Source: Eledone cirrhosa (taxonomy: Eukaryota). From it: a DNA stretch of 64,000 bases. The translations under genes were made by a program, and so were the position numbers. Shown in pieces: positions 49,621 to 63,649 of this stretch (position 1 is its first letter; each line of letters begins with the position of its first letter). The notes under the pieces were generated by a model that ran no database searches, had not been told where the DNA came from, and saw only the letters and a program-made list of their open reading frames with translations. Location: assembly GCA_964016885.1 (NCBI GenBank), contig OZ024742.1, positions 260,586,001-260,650,000 of the forward strand. Direction: 5' to 3'.

Positions 49621-52600
49621 AGAGAAAAGATATATAGTATAGAGATAGAGATTGTCAGTAAGATAATCAGGTAGTTTACTTTATTTAATCTCTTCAAAAT
49701 ATATAATGAAGTACATTTTCTGTCCATATTTGAACTGGTAAAAAAGTTTCCTTTATTTACAACAAAAGACATAGTGTTGTTTTCAACTTTAAATTCATAG
49801 AGATATGAAATATGTCTTTATATATCTTCCCGTCTGCATATAGCTGTATGACCAGCTAACTACTGACTTTGCATCCAACTTGGGTTCAACAATGTTTGTA
49901 CTTGAGGACCAGGAGCTAAATTTAACATGTCAAGTACTTTATTTAAAACATGATATATGCACACTATTCTCCTCTAAGTTAAATATTTCTTGTTATTATT
50001 ACAGTATAATTATCTAGGAGGGGAGTAATTGTAGCAATGGGGAGGGGATCAGTTGCAAAGTTAATTGATATAAAGAGGGTCCTTTGTAGTAAAAATGTTG
50101 GGAACCATTGATCTAAGATATCCAAAATATGACCTACCTGTAGTTTTCAATGTCTAGATTGACCAATGCCTCCTTTCTGATTTGTTTAGCACAAGGTCAA
50201 TTCTTAAAATTATAAGCACGATATGAAGGATATTTAGCTGATTGTTACTACCAGATCAAGTGATCACGTATGTGCTTTATAGGTGGCTTGGATTTAAAGA
50301 AAATTGGAATAGTGTGTAGAAAAACAAAACTAAATCAAAATTTTTTCTTTCACATCTTAATACATTCATAGCGAGAAACTTGCATGTTTATTGTACATAA
50401 ACTTATCTTATATGCCTTCATATACCCCCTATTTATGAAAGACATTATGTTAGTGCTATTGATGATTAACCCTAGCAGGTCAAGTTTGTACTATCTTTTA
50501 TTTTGCACTTTATGTAAATGAACATCAGCAGCCAATGTTTCATGCGCAAAAAGCATATAAGCTTTTAGCTTATACTTGTCTCGGTATTGGGTGATTAAGT
50601 GTGGCCAATAACGGATAAAAATCTAGAAACACACATCTGGCATTCTCACCGGCTACTGAGATTGCTATGACATGATTACAACTTAAAAGTTTCGTAAAAT
50701 ATCTTATGTATTTACTTGTAGTTTCCTACCTTTATCTTAATAAACACATGCAAATAAAATGATGTACTTTAAAATATTACATATATAATATAGATAATTA
50801 TATTAATAATACTTACATGTTAAAACAGATCCAAAGTGGACCCTGTCATATATAGTGAGAACGTAGTGGAAAATGACAGATTCAGGAGAACATTAATCTA
50901 TTATCACAAACGTCAACATAATAAAGAATATCTATTTCATTACAGAATCAATTACCTATTAGCTATATTTTGTAAACTGGAGGTGATAAAATAACATTAA
51001 TGTGTTGAAAACAATATAAATACTATAACAGGAAGTTATTTTATTTCTGGTGTTAACCTTTCAATATAAAGTTCAGAAAGTAAAATAAAAAGTTTACTGT
51101 TTGATTATTTCACCACAAGTTGAAAGTATATCCTCTCTCTAGCCTAGATGAAACTGAGGATTTCTCTCTTTAAAGTAATTTATTCCATTTTGTATGTATT
51201 ACTTACCGAACAACACCATCAATAGATCGTTCAGCTTCTAGTGTATTACCTTGACTTTAAATATATCATGGAGGAAATCTTTTATTTCCTAGCTTACAGT
51301 CATTAAGCTATGGCCATGCTAGAGCACAATTTTCAGCAAATTTTAGTCGGTCATATTCATCCAAGTACTTTTTTTAAAGTCGTATACTTATTTTATCAAG
51401 CCCTATTCATATTTATATGTTGAAATTTGAAATGCAGTTGTCCCCCATGTAAATGACTATGACAATAGTCTTATTTTTCTTCGCCGACTTATTCCTGAGG
51501 GTCGTGGGGGAAGAGTCCTCAAACACTCCTTCCAGCAGGTCCTGTCAGAAGCAACCATTTCAAACTGATCCGGCTGGATTCACAAGCGTGACCAGCCAAG
51601 CTCATGATTTTATCCAACCATCTTGCTAGAGATCTACTCTTGGGTTTCTTGCCAGTTGGTTTTGCCCGTAAAATCTATCCAGCGATTCATTCCTGAGACA
51701 TTTTAGCCACATGCTCATAGTATTGGTGCTGTGATCTCTCAATTCGGGGAAGTAGCAACTCTACCTGGAGTAACTCTGATATCCCATTTCAGCCGCTTGT
51801 ATCATAGTGGTAATAACAATAGTCAATCATTATAAACAATATTAAACAGAGGTCACTGCAAGTAATCGAATCCTGCATTTCTCAGATGTCAGGGTGATTG
51901 CATTAACCATTATGCAAAGAGCTCGCTGGACACTAATTGCTCTCTTTTAAATTTTAAGCCTGTAACCAGAAGTGCGAACCCTCGATTTAAAAAACATTGG
52001 GAAAGGGAGGTGGGGTTAAAATCCATGTAATAATAAAAATATTATTAGAAATGCCAACATATATTTTTTATAGATAAAGAAAAATGGTTAAAAAATCCAG
52101 TTTGCATTTATAATGAAATTTTCATCCTTGCAAACAAAACATTTTAATTTTCTTAGTAATGCATATTTTGCAATGATACGTTTTCCATGAAGATTACAAT
52201 TACCATCACAATTTTTGCTTAAATATATTTTATTTTTTTTAAGAATTACATTATTGTATATATTTTACTAATTCCTTTCATTACATCTTCACATTCATAA
52301 TATCATTCAGAATTATGTCATAGATTTTCTACAATTATGAATTGCAAATATATAATGAATAAAATAACCAGGATTAAATTACATTAAATAATTTAATTGA
52401 TTTACGAATGTTTCAAACAATACAACAGGAATATACATTTCTGGTGTATTGATTTCTTCAGAATCTGTTAAACATAAATAACAATTAATTTACCATCACA
52501 TGTCCACATATTTCAAGTCCGAAAACGTATATGGTTATGTAATCAACAGGACAACTTGTCTAACCCATGCTAGCGTGAAAAAATGGACGTAAAACGATGA

Positions 52601-55129
52601 TGATGATATATATATATGGGTGTGTGTATGGGTGTTAAAAGCCTTAAATTGAGAAGGTATTCTCTGGCTGACTCATGTGTGATGGGTGGGCTGGATCTCC
52701 AGAAAAGCACCAAAGTAATGATAGTTCAGGATTTGATTTACATCAGGATAGCTGGCTCAGTTTCAGTGGTTTTGTGCCTATTTTTTTCCTAGTGTCACGA
52801 GCTGGTTTGTTTTGCCTTGTTCTTTATTTGCTTAGCCAGTTCAGTAAAGGAGACGTTTGTATCATTGGATTCTGGCAGTATTTGAACTTTACGCTCTGAG
52901 TTCAAATCCCGCCGAGGTTAGCTTCGCCTTTCATCCTTACGGGGTCGATAAAATAAAATGATCAGTTTTATTTCAAAGAGAAATTTACCGATCATTTATT
53001 ATTTTACTCCAATTGTACATGTTGATACCAGGTCATCCTCGATTGTCAGTGACAGCTATAGTTTTCTGTTCAGTGTACATAAATTGTAGAATGTGGGTAC
53101 ATGGGTTAAACAGGTTGTTTAGCAACAAAAGTGGATGTTAAAATGATGATATTTCCTGAACACTAGATTAGGTACCACTGTCTACTTTTTTCCCATCTCC
53201 AGGGAATTTTGCTCAGTTATTATTATCACCATTTGCATTGGGATGCATAAATTTGAAATTTACCCAAGTCAACTGTTAAGTTTAAATATAAAGGTATTTC
53301 CTAAACTTAAATCATAGTTTGGTCTGATCAGCATTTGTTGGTTGAGTGGTGTACACTTCAGCAGATTGAAAAAAAATGATTAATTATGTTTGAAATTGTT
53401 TTCACTGTACTTTCAAGAAATACAGTCTTCCACATCACTTACTATATATATCATACCTGGGAAAAGGACATTTAGCTTAATGTGAAGGCATCTAGTTTAG
53501 TAATTATAAGTGTGTGGCTCACAATCGTAATATAATGAGTTCAATTCCTAGTAGTGTGTTGTGTCATTGAGCAAAACACTTTATTTCATGCTGCTCCAGT
53601 CGACTCAGATGGTTTTAATGAGTTGTACCTGTAATTAAAAGGGCAAATCTTGTCACACTGAATCTCCTTGAAAATTATGTTAAACTAGAATTTTTTTCTA
53701 TACGCTGAGGCATATGTGTATTTCTATATGCATACATTTATATGTAATGAGTATATAAATATAAACGCATAAACACACACACCATAATTTTTTCACCATC
53801 CCCTTCCTTTTACACACACATACATTCACGCAGACAAAGACGAGTAGTATGAAGTAGTCAAACTACTCTCTCTTTACGTGTTGTGACAGAATAGCAGAAA
53901 TTTATATATAGATGTATACACATCTGTAGAATATTTAGCCACTTTCACTATAAAACAAAATGTATTGTACTTGAAATTCAAAAGGCCAGCCATGTCACAC
54001 TGAATCTCTCTGAGAACTACATTAAGAGTACATATGTCTGGAATGTTCTGTCACTTGCAGGTTAATCTGAGGCGCAGGATGTTCCATTGATCAAACAACT
54101 GGAACACTTGTTGGAATCAATGAGGTATCCATCAATAAGAACAGCTGTGAGTAAACCATTTAGGGTCTTTGGGAGGATAGTAACTCTAATTAAATACTGT
54201 CTTGGTTGGGAGTGAAATACATCTGTTGGTAAGAGTAGTTTGTACAGAACTGGCACCAGTTTGACCAGTTAGCTGACACGTGTGGTCTTCAATGGACAAT
54301 ATGATGGGTCCAGACACACTGGTGGTTACATAAAGGTTGGGTTTGGAGGTGAAAAAAAAATTCAGCTGCCTGTCAGGGATATTGGTATTAGGGGATATCA
54401 ATTGGTTTTAGCCCCAAGGCTGCAACCCTTCTCTATCAGGCAATGTTTCAGTTACTAGTTGTTTACAGATCAAAAAGTCACCAGTTCACATTGTATTTTT
54501 AACCAAGAAGGCATGTGGCTTGGTGTTTAGGGGGCTGGATTTGTGATTACAGGATCATGGGTTCAATTCCAGTTCCAGGCAACACATTGTATCCTTGAAG
54601 TAGACACTTATTTAATGTTGCTCAAGTCTACTTAGCTGAAAAATGTGTATCAACAGCAGCAGCTGAGTGAAGGTTAACTCTTTTGATGATCTGACATATA
54701 AGCCAAGGGGGAATCTTTCTATGATAGGAATGGGGCCCCCTATCATTAAAATACCTGAGAAACCGCTTGTCGAAGGAGGCCAGCTAAACCTACATATGTG
54801 TAGACTGTAACAACAATGACATGATAGCAGTGGGGCCCCTGTCATTAAAACACCTGCTAAGTAGTTGAGAACTGTGATAACAAGAGCTCAACTTGCTAGA
54901 AAGGAGTGAACTGTAGTTTAAACAGCTTAGCATTTCCATGCTTACGTGGGTTATGTGAGTCCTCTCCAGTACAGCCTGCTGCCATTGTTTCTTTCTTTTG
55001 TCATCTCCTTTGTAAGGTTCAGTTTCATGAGATCAGCTTTCACCACCTTATCTCACCTTTCTTGCTCTTCCTCTGCACTAAATAACAGAAACCTATACAA
55101 CTGACCATAATACAAAATGTTCAGAACAA

Positions 55130-56395
55130 ATGAAAACAAAGATTTCATAAAAATATACCAGTTTTATTTTAATAAGATTGTATGATAGTTTCAAGTATTA
55201 TCACAACAGTATAGTATTCATGTATCGAGTATGGTGGGTTGTGTAGTCGTTGTTGTGTAATTCAGGGCAGTGTTACGTAAGTTAGGATGGAGGGAGAAGA
55301 GATGGGACGAGAAGGATAGACATGAGGTAAGAAGAGTGAGCTATAGGGACCTGAAAGGAAAGAATTAAACCAAATAAACAAGGTAAAACTTGTTTAAAAC
55401 AGTATACGTTTTGTGTTTTATTGTTCGTTTAGTTGACGATAGAGTGTGACGATATAGTGTGTGTGAGAGTTAAGGTTAGAATTAAAAATAGAATTAGGAT
55501 TAGTATCATTACTGTGAATGGGCACGCAGCTATTGTCTACAAGCCTTGTTGCTGAGGATTCGGTTGTCTGACAAATACATTACCAGTCAGAGTATGTGTA
55601 CTAGGTTACTCCGACTGTGTTGGGTAGGCTCATGCTTCCTAATAAAATATGCCTCTGCTATTCAGAGGTTTATCGTGTCTCTTTGTTTCGCAAGTATTTT
55701 CGTGGTTATATTTCTTCCAAATTGTTCTCTGTGTTGAACATTGCACTTGGATGTGTTCTTGGAATCTGTGGTGTAGTTTGCTTCACATGTGCAGTTCAAC
55801 TCATATAATAACATGGTCCCTCAAGTATATTGGTTTTGTGTTGTTTACCACTGAAGTATGTTTTCTGTTATTGGGCATTACTGAAGACAGCAGGTGTCTT
55901 CTATGTTGCTCTATGAAAGATATTGTCTCAACATCCACCCATGCCTTCTTACTGACACAGGGAGACCCGATCATTTGATACAATTTCTGAGATGATTTTC
56001 TGTCTGCTCCCTGTAATATTACAGATCAATATAGACCGTTTTCTGGACACGTGGTGTTTTAGGCTATGCGGGTATACGGAATCTAGGCGGAAGTCGATAT
56101 CTCTCTTCATTTACTTCTCTTAGAAGCTGATGTTGACCTTTCCTGAAGAGAAGGGTAGGGTGAAATTAAGTAGTCTTAAGGTCATTGCTATAGTACTCAG
56201 CATTTGTCGATAGCGTAGATACTCTGTTGGAAACCCCTTTAACAATCGAGTTGAGTACAGCCTTAGGGATATTAGAGTATTTACTCACATACTGCAGATT
56301 TTCATTTGGTTTGTGGTAAAGCCCAGTGATGTGTCTAAAAAGTTAGCAGTTCTCCATGTAGTTTCAATCTTGAAGCTCAGTCCAAGGCTATTTCC
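55130..56395 (-). mobile_element. Penelope-like element remnant (RT C-terminus and GIY-YIG)
   Basis: Minus-strand pieces ANFLD, YHKPNENLQYVSKYSNIP, ELNCTCEANY, RFQEH, KILAK..L*IAEAYFIRKHEP. Confidence 0.65.
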
Positions 56396-57418
56396 CTAAT
56401 GGTACCATCCTCATGTCCTCTTTCCTACTTTTAGGACTTTCGTCTTTTATAAGTTTAGTTTTGGGCCTTTCAACTCAAGGTTCTTCCATGTTTGAAATTT
56501 GTTCTAACTTTCCTATGGATTCAGCTCTAAGGACTAGGTCAACAGCATATATGAGCTCCCACAACCCTCACAAGCCATTCATCTACAACTAGCTGCCTAA
56601 GTGCCCACAGGATTACACAGCGTTGGACCCAGTCAAAGGCCTTCTCCCTATCAACATAGATACAGTGGCTTACTCTAAGCTAAGTACCTCTCTTGTAGTT
56701 ATCTCACTATAAAGAAAACATGAAATAAAATATATTTCTTGGAAACTAGATTAACCAGAGTTTAAATGAAGTGAGAAAATAAAAATGAAGCGATAAAAGA
56801 AAACAGGATCTTGCACGGAGCATGAATGGTGTAGATTAAGTAGAAATGTAAATATGAAAGAAAATTATTTTCCATACAAGGGATGTGTAAAATATATGAG
56901 GGCTACTGAGAGATGTCCAGATTGAGCAGAATTTTGAACTACTTCTTACAAAATATTTCTATTTTCGGCACTACAACGCTATTAGCTGTCAGTCCAGTGG
57001 AAAACAGGCGAAGGTGACGTCACTCGTAAAACATCGTTTATTTCCGTATTACTACCACGCGTAAGTGGAGTTTTCACGCGTTTTTTTGAGAGAGAGAGAG
57101 AGAGAGAGGGAAGACTTAAAAGGGCCAAATTAGAAAACAAATAGAAAACAAGTCATGGTTATAAAGCACATCGATGTAAGTGGAGTTACTTAAATGAAAA
57201 TATAGGTGGCCCTTAAAAGGGCCAAATTAGAAAACAAGTCATGGTTATCAATGTAGAAAACAAGTCATTCATAAATTTAAGTTTTATAATAAAATTTTTT
57301 TCACCAACAAATATGACAGCTAATAGCGTTGAAGTGCCCGCAATTCTGTATCTTTACGTATATTGCGTATACGAGGGTTGACAAAGATACTCTCATAGAA
57401 TCTTTACGTATATTGCGT

Positions 57419-57700
57419 ATACGAGGGTTGACAAAGATACTCTCATAGAATATGACCAAATGAGGTTTATTTTTCAACATAGTCTCCCTTGCGTTCCACA
57501 CACTTCTTCCATCGGTGTTGCAGTACTGAGATCAATGTTTTCCTCGTTAGTGGCAGTTGTAGGACGTCCAGACATTGGGTCATCTTCAAGAATCCCCTAT
57601 CCTTTCCTAAATTCGGCTGCCCATTTTGCACAAAGGAAAATTGTGGTACAATATTGTAAGGTCTGCTTATAGCATTATCCATCTTTCAAAAATGAAGGTC
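57419..57700 (-). mobile_element. Internally deleted mariner transposon
   Basis: KWAAEFRKG*GILEDDPMSGRPTTATNEENID joined to LQHRWKKCVERKGDYVEK*; TIR-like ta-cgagggttgacaaa. Confidence 0.8.
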
Positions 57701-58391
57701 CACATTTCGTCGACTTCAATACATTTTATTACATTTTATTGTATTGTAAACATTAACTTTTATGGAAATCTTATTACAAAATTTCAATTTAGTTCGATTT
57801 TTTGGAATTTATTTAACAAACATGGAAAAATAAGAAAAAGAATAAAATAAAAAATAATTTGATTGCCTTTAATAAAGAAGATAAACAGAGTGGAACTGAT
57901 TTCCAGGTCATACTAATGAAACAAGGTTTTTTCCATTACTGATATTATCTGTCTGCCGCAAGTCCTGGTAGAAGATGCTACACGAACTAAAGTATTTTAC
58001 TGAACGACGCAACATGCTGCTGGATCGAAGAAACGAGCCCATGACTTTATAATGGTTAGTCCAGTACTGTAACCCCTAAGGCATGTGCCTTCACAGAGGA
58101 AAGGTAAATCATATTATAACAGATTAGATGGGTACTATGTTAGATATTACTATGTGTCATATTATACCAGAGGAAGTGTGCTGTATAATAAACATTGATA
58201 TCAGGTTGATTCAATAACTACCCAGTCCCAAATATGAACCCATGAACTTATGGTCGTCAGTCAAACACTTTAACCATTGTATGTATGTATGTATACACGT
58301 ATGGATGGATGGATGTATGTATGTGTGTATACATGTATGTATGGATGTATGCATGTATGTAAACATGTATATATGTAAGTATGTATGCGTG

Positions 58392-60697
58392 TATGAGAAC
58401 AACTGGAAGGACTGCAGGAGCTCGGTCTATGAGGCTTCAGCAGAGGTCCTTGGCTTTGTCACAAGAAAACAAGGACTGGTTTGATGAGAATGACCAGGAG
58501 GTCAAGGCTCTGCTAGACAGACAACAAAAGGCACTTGATGCAGTTCTTAAAGGTGGTAGCTCTGTTGGTGACAATTATGAGCGTTACAGACAGGTAAAGA
58601 AGGAAGTGCAGGTGAAACTCAGGGCTATGCAAAATACCTGGTGGAGCAACAAAGCAGATGAAGTTCAAGTGGCATCTGACGGCAACAATGTGAAACTGCC
58701 GCACTTTCTACTCACAGAGATGTATGGCCCTTTCAGCTCTCCAGTGGCCCCTTTGAGAGCGAAAGATGGCAAGCAATTACTGCGCGACCCAAAAGACACT
58801 CGACAGATAGAGAGATCACTTTGATGAGCTCTTAAACCAGCCATCCCAGGTTGATGATGATTTCATTTGTTCCATTCCTATTGAACCAGTGAAGCATATG
58901 AGATGGCTAATGTATCTTCTCTTGCAGAGGGGACTTCTGTTGTGCATAAGCTGAACTGTGGTAAGTCTCCTGGTATGGATGGTCTGAGTGGAGCGGTTTT
59001 GAAGTGTGGTGGTGAAAACTTCACGCAGCGCCTGACTGACCTCATGAAAATGGTGTGAGAAGATGAGAATGTCCCACAAGAAGGATGCGCTCATGGTGAT
59101 TCTCCATAAAGGAAAGGACGGCAAGGACAAATGTGGCAATTATCATGTCATATCCCTTCTTTCAGTAGTTGGTAAAGTCGTGTCGAATATTGATGGATAG
59201 ATTGATCCCAAGAGTTTCTCTGAATGTGTTGCCTGAGTCGCAGTGTGGGTTCAGAAACGAAAGAGGAACAGTGGATATGATTGTTTCTGCTCGGCAGCTG
59301 CAAGAAAAGTGTATCGAACAATGTATGGACCTTTACCAGGTCTTTGTTGACTTGACAAAGGCCTTTGACACTGTCAATCAAACTGCGTTGTGGGAAAAAA
59401 ATCCAAGGTAGGGTAGAAGATTATGCATCTTTTCCATGATGACATGAAGGCTTTGGTCAGTATTGGTGGTAGCATCTCTGAACCAATATCAGTTGAAAAT
59501 GGAGTGAAGCAGGGGGACATTCTGGCTCCAACTCTGTTTTCCTTATATTTTACAATAGTGTTTCTCATAGCATTCAAATATTGTTCTCATGGGGTTTACA
59601 TCAGGTATCGCACTTCAGGAAGGTTGTTCAACACCAGGCGCTTTGGTACAAGCACAAAGGTATTAACATCTATAATCCGAGAGGTTTTGTATGCAGACGA
59701 CTGCGATCTTTTTTCACACTCACAAAGTGACATGCAGCATATTATGAACTCTTTTTCTGCAGCTTGCAGCACTTTGGGCGTCACAATAAGCTTAAGAGTC
59801 AAGAAAGCCAGTGATGCTTTTGGACGGCTGCATCAACGTTTATGGTCCAGACGAGGTATCACTATCGAAACCAAGGTGAAAGTGTATCTGACTTGTGTCG
59901 TCTCAAGGATCTGGAGAGATTTTACCAACAATCTCTTCATAAGTTACTTGGGGTGTGGTGGAAAATGTTCACCAGTGATTTGGAAGTTCTAGAACGGAGC
60001 AGGTGCATGACTATAGAGAGCATAATCTTTTGGTACCGGTTGAGGTGGTGCAATCACGTGGTCCGGATGTCTGATGATCGTATTCCAAAGCAACTTCTCT
60101 ATGGAGAACTGTGTGAAGGAAGGCGACCACCACATAAACCAAAAAGGCGGTACCGGGACTGTATCAGGGGCACCTTGGCTTGTGCTGGAATTTCATCTGA
60201 TGAATGGGAGAAAATGGCTGACGAGCGTGTGAAGTGGAGACGTTTGATCATGTTAGGTGGTGAACACTTTGAAACTCGTCGGAGAGAACACCTAACACTG
60301 AAAAGGAAGGTGAGGATTGAGACTGTTCTGAACTGCCTGCTGTTGAACATCATCTGGTTTGCCAGCACTGTGGTCTAGTCAGCCTGAGCAAAGCTGGTTT
60401 GATTAGACATGAACAAAGTCATATCAGTAGACCTCATGTAGATTATCATCTGAAAAGGTGTAAGAAATGTACAAGCATGGGAGGTCTTAAAAGATACATG
60501 TGAACATACAGCCAGAACAAAGCAATGGAAGGTTTCGGGGGAGCCTAAAGTTGCCATGTGTGTGCCAGAGGGTGCAAGTATTTGGCTGGTTTAAAGAGTC
60601 ACATTTGTGCTTCACATTTTTGAACATTTTATCGGGCGATGGCAATACTTGAACACGAGTTTGCAGCCATCATATAGTATGTATGTATGTATGTATG
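58392..60697 (+). mobile_element. RTE/BovB-like LINE, 5'-truncated, (TATG)n tail
   Basis: DWFDEND, LPESQCGFR, FVDLTKAFDTVN, GVKQGDILAP, LYADD, RIPKQLLYGEL; C-terminal C2H2-like fingers. Confidence 0.93.
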
Positions 60698-61669
60698 TTG
60701 GGTCACTCTTGAGTGCTATTAGTAACATGTAACCCAGTACAACCTGTCGCGTGGTCGGGTCGTCGGCGACTAAACCGGCAACCCCACCAAGTTTACTTGG
60801 TGAGGAGGGTGATTTTGGACACCCTGCAGGACAAAAAACAAAACCTGACAAAGGGCGGAAGATCTCATAAGAGTCAACGGCCATCCAAAAGTGCGTAAAT
60901 ATGTATATACACATGTACATATGTATGTATATGTATGTGTGAATATACATGGGTGCATGTGTATGTACATACGCGGGGACATAGAAATAATTGGGCTGGA
61001 CACCCGATTGCGCGGTTAAACCACTGGGTGTGAAGGACCCCTAGCCTTTGTCAGGGCATTCTTCTAGGTGAAGGCAACTCAGGAAACTGGGATAACTCCG
61101 ATATAAAACCTGCGGCTCAGTAGTTACCGATGATGTTGATATTTTCTTCTTTTCGGGTTATAGCTACTGTCGCTCAGAGAGTGGGATTGGCTCAGTGCAC
61201 AGTCTTTCCTCATTTAAAAAAATATCTTCATGCACAGGCATTGCACGATAAAATTAATTAATAATACGGCCCTTGCCATTCTGAGTTCAAATCCCGCCAA
61301 GGTTAACTTTGCCTTTCATCATTACGGGGTCGATAAAATAAAGTACCAGTAATGCACTGGGTAATTGCTGGCCTTGTGCCTAACGTAGAAACAATTATTA
61401 ATAATGGTATATCGTGCAATGGGCAGCCATCATGTATGCATGCATGCGTGTATGTATGTGTGTGTTTGAGTGTATATATATATATATGTGCATATATATA
61501 TGTGCATCTCCATATACATATTTATTCAGCTGATATAGGCTGGATTGGTTGGAATATTCTGACGCGAATTCTTTCTGCTCTGTTAAATCGAAACAAATCT
61601 TGACTTTTTATTTGAGGTTTTCTATATAAGAGACCGGGAGAACATGTTGATACTATGAAGGCCATTTTT

Positions 61670-62250
61670 CCTAAGCCGCCTGGACTATTGCTCCCAGCTG
61701 TGGTCACCCCATAGTATCAAACTAACCACGGAACTTGAGAAAATCCAACGAAGCTACACCAAGAGGATTGCACAATGAAGGAGATGAGCTACTAGGAGAG
61801 GCTAAAAGAACTGAAACTCTACTCCTTGGAACGAAGACGGGAGAGATACGCAGTGATATACATATGAAAAATCCTGGAGGGACTAGCGCCAAACTTTGGT
61901 ATTGAGAGCGGGACCAACCCCCGAACAGGACGTCACTGTGTGGTGACAAAGGTCCCGTCTTCCACATCTAGAACAAGAAGCAGATATTGCAATAGACTGG
62001 GGTTCAAAGGCCCTCAACTCTTCAACAAACTGCCGAGGGATTTGAGAGATCTACATGGTGTGGCCGTGGATATTTTCAAGAAACTTCTTGACACCCTGTT
62101 ATCCAGGATCCCGGTACGAAGGTAACCTAAGGGCAGCATCAACGAACTCCCTCTTACATCAATGGCCAGCCAACACAGGCTGGAGATAGAATGTGTAGCA
62201 ACAAGGGCAGTGCCCAATCATGGTCTCAGCCGGATGGCTGGAACAACTAA
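61670..62250 (+). mobile_element. CR1-type LINE 3' fragment
   Basis: SRLDYCSQLWSP, ERLKELKLYSLERRRERY, GPQLFNKLP..FKKLLD. Confidence 0.82.
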
Positions 62251-62596
62251 AAGAGTATATATATATATTTAATATAGAAATGGCTTCAACAGGACTAGAA
62301 CTGTTTCATACGGAGGAAATCATCAGAAAAGCTGACTGTCAATGTAATATGGTGGTATTTTCTGGTGGTAGGGGAGGGTAGTAAATTGATGCTAAGTAGT
62401 CAAACACATACACACTGACAGGCACTCCTAATGTTCAAGATTCATTTATTCCAAACAAAAGGTTTTCATTGAGTGGCAATATTAAAATGCTCTGCTAAAA
62501 GATATAAATGTGTGTGTATACATATATATATGTGTGTGTTTGTGTATATATATATATGTGTGTGTGTGTGTTTGTGTATATATATTTGTGTGTGTG

Positions 62597-62629
<33 letters not shown>

Positions 62630-62632
<3 letters not shown>

Positions 62633-63612
62633 CAAATTTCAATAATATTAATACACCCTAATGGGGGTTAAACTCCCTATAGTGAAAAGTTTGGCCAATA
62701 AATGGAACAAGATTTTACGAACTTATCCTCTGGTTTTGGAGATAGACCCCCATAACCATATATATTCTGAAACTACATTGCCCAGGGTACTTGTATAAGT
62801 ATATTTCATTTTAATCAAAGGGTTCATCGGGGGCACAAAACCGCCGCTGATACTTTACCTTTGATTTATATGAAATTTAAACCATAGGTAAATGACAAGA
62901 TATGATGCCTATTCACATCATTTCAGCAAATTTCAATAAAATTACAATACCCTAAATCTGAGTTAAACCCTCTATTAGGGTTCACCAGAGGGCACACAAT
63001 CCCCGCTGAAAGTTTTTTTGGTTCGATTTATATGCAATTTAAACCATAGATAAATGAAGAGATATGATGCCTATTCACAAAATTTCAATACTATAAGACA
63101 CCTTAATACTATAAGACTCTATTAGGGTTCCCCGGGGGTACAAACCCCCGCTGAAAACTTCTCCCTTTCATTTTATATGAAACTTAAACCATAGGTAAAT
63201 GACAAGATATGATGCCTATTCACAAAAGTTTCAATTGATATTTTGAAAAAAATTATTTACAAGAAACAAAATAAGAATAAGATTTAATAATGCAATTTTG
63301 ATTTGATATATTACAAAAAAATGATGTTTTCCAATTTTACATGCATTATATTTTACAGCATAGTTACGTCCCTTTATGATCTGAGTTCAAATCCCGAGGT
63401 TGACTTTATTTTATCGACCCCGTAAGGATGAAAGGCAAAGTACCAGTAATGCACTGGGTAATTGCTGGCCTTGTGCCTAAAGTAGAAACAATTATATTTT
63501 ACATTGAGTAATATTGAGTTTTTCTCCATAAATTATATCACTGATTTAAAATAAATCATTTTCTTACAAAAAAAATGAGTGAAACGCAGCAAGGCGCTGG
63601 TAATTCGGCTAG
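62630..63612 (+). mobile_element. Non-autonomous Helitron-like element with internal repeats and an embedded SINE unit
   Basis: Three ~140-160 bp internal repeats (aaaccatag.taaatga..agatatgatgcctattcaca); GC-rich subterminal cagcaaggcgctg then CTAG|T. Confidence 0.6.
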
Positions 63613-63649
63613 TATATATATATGAGTGTGTGTATATATATGTGTGTAT

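Noticed and set aside
55545-55590. ctgagga-ttcgg-ttgt-ctga hammerhead-like string
   Set aside because: No GAAA and no convincing stems I/III.
62285-62335. CTGATGA...GAAAC on minus
   Set aside because: Both core halves present but the intervening bases do not pair as stem II.
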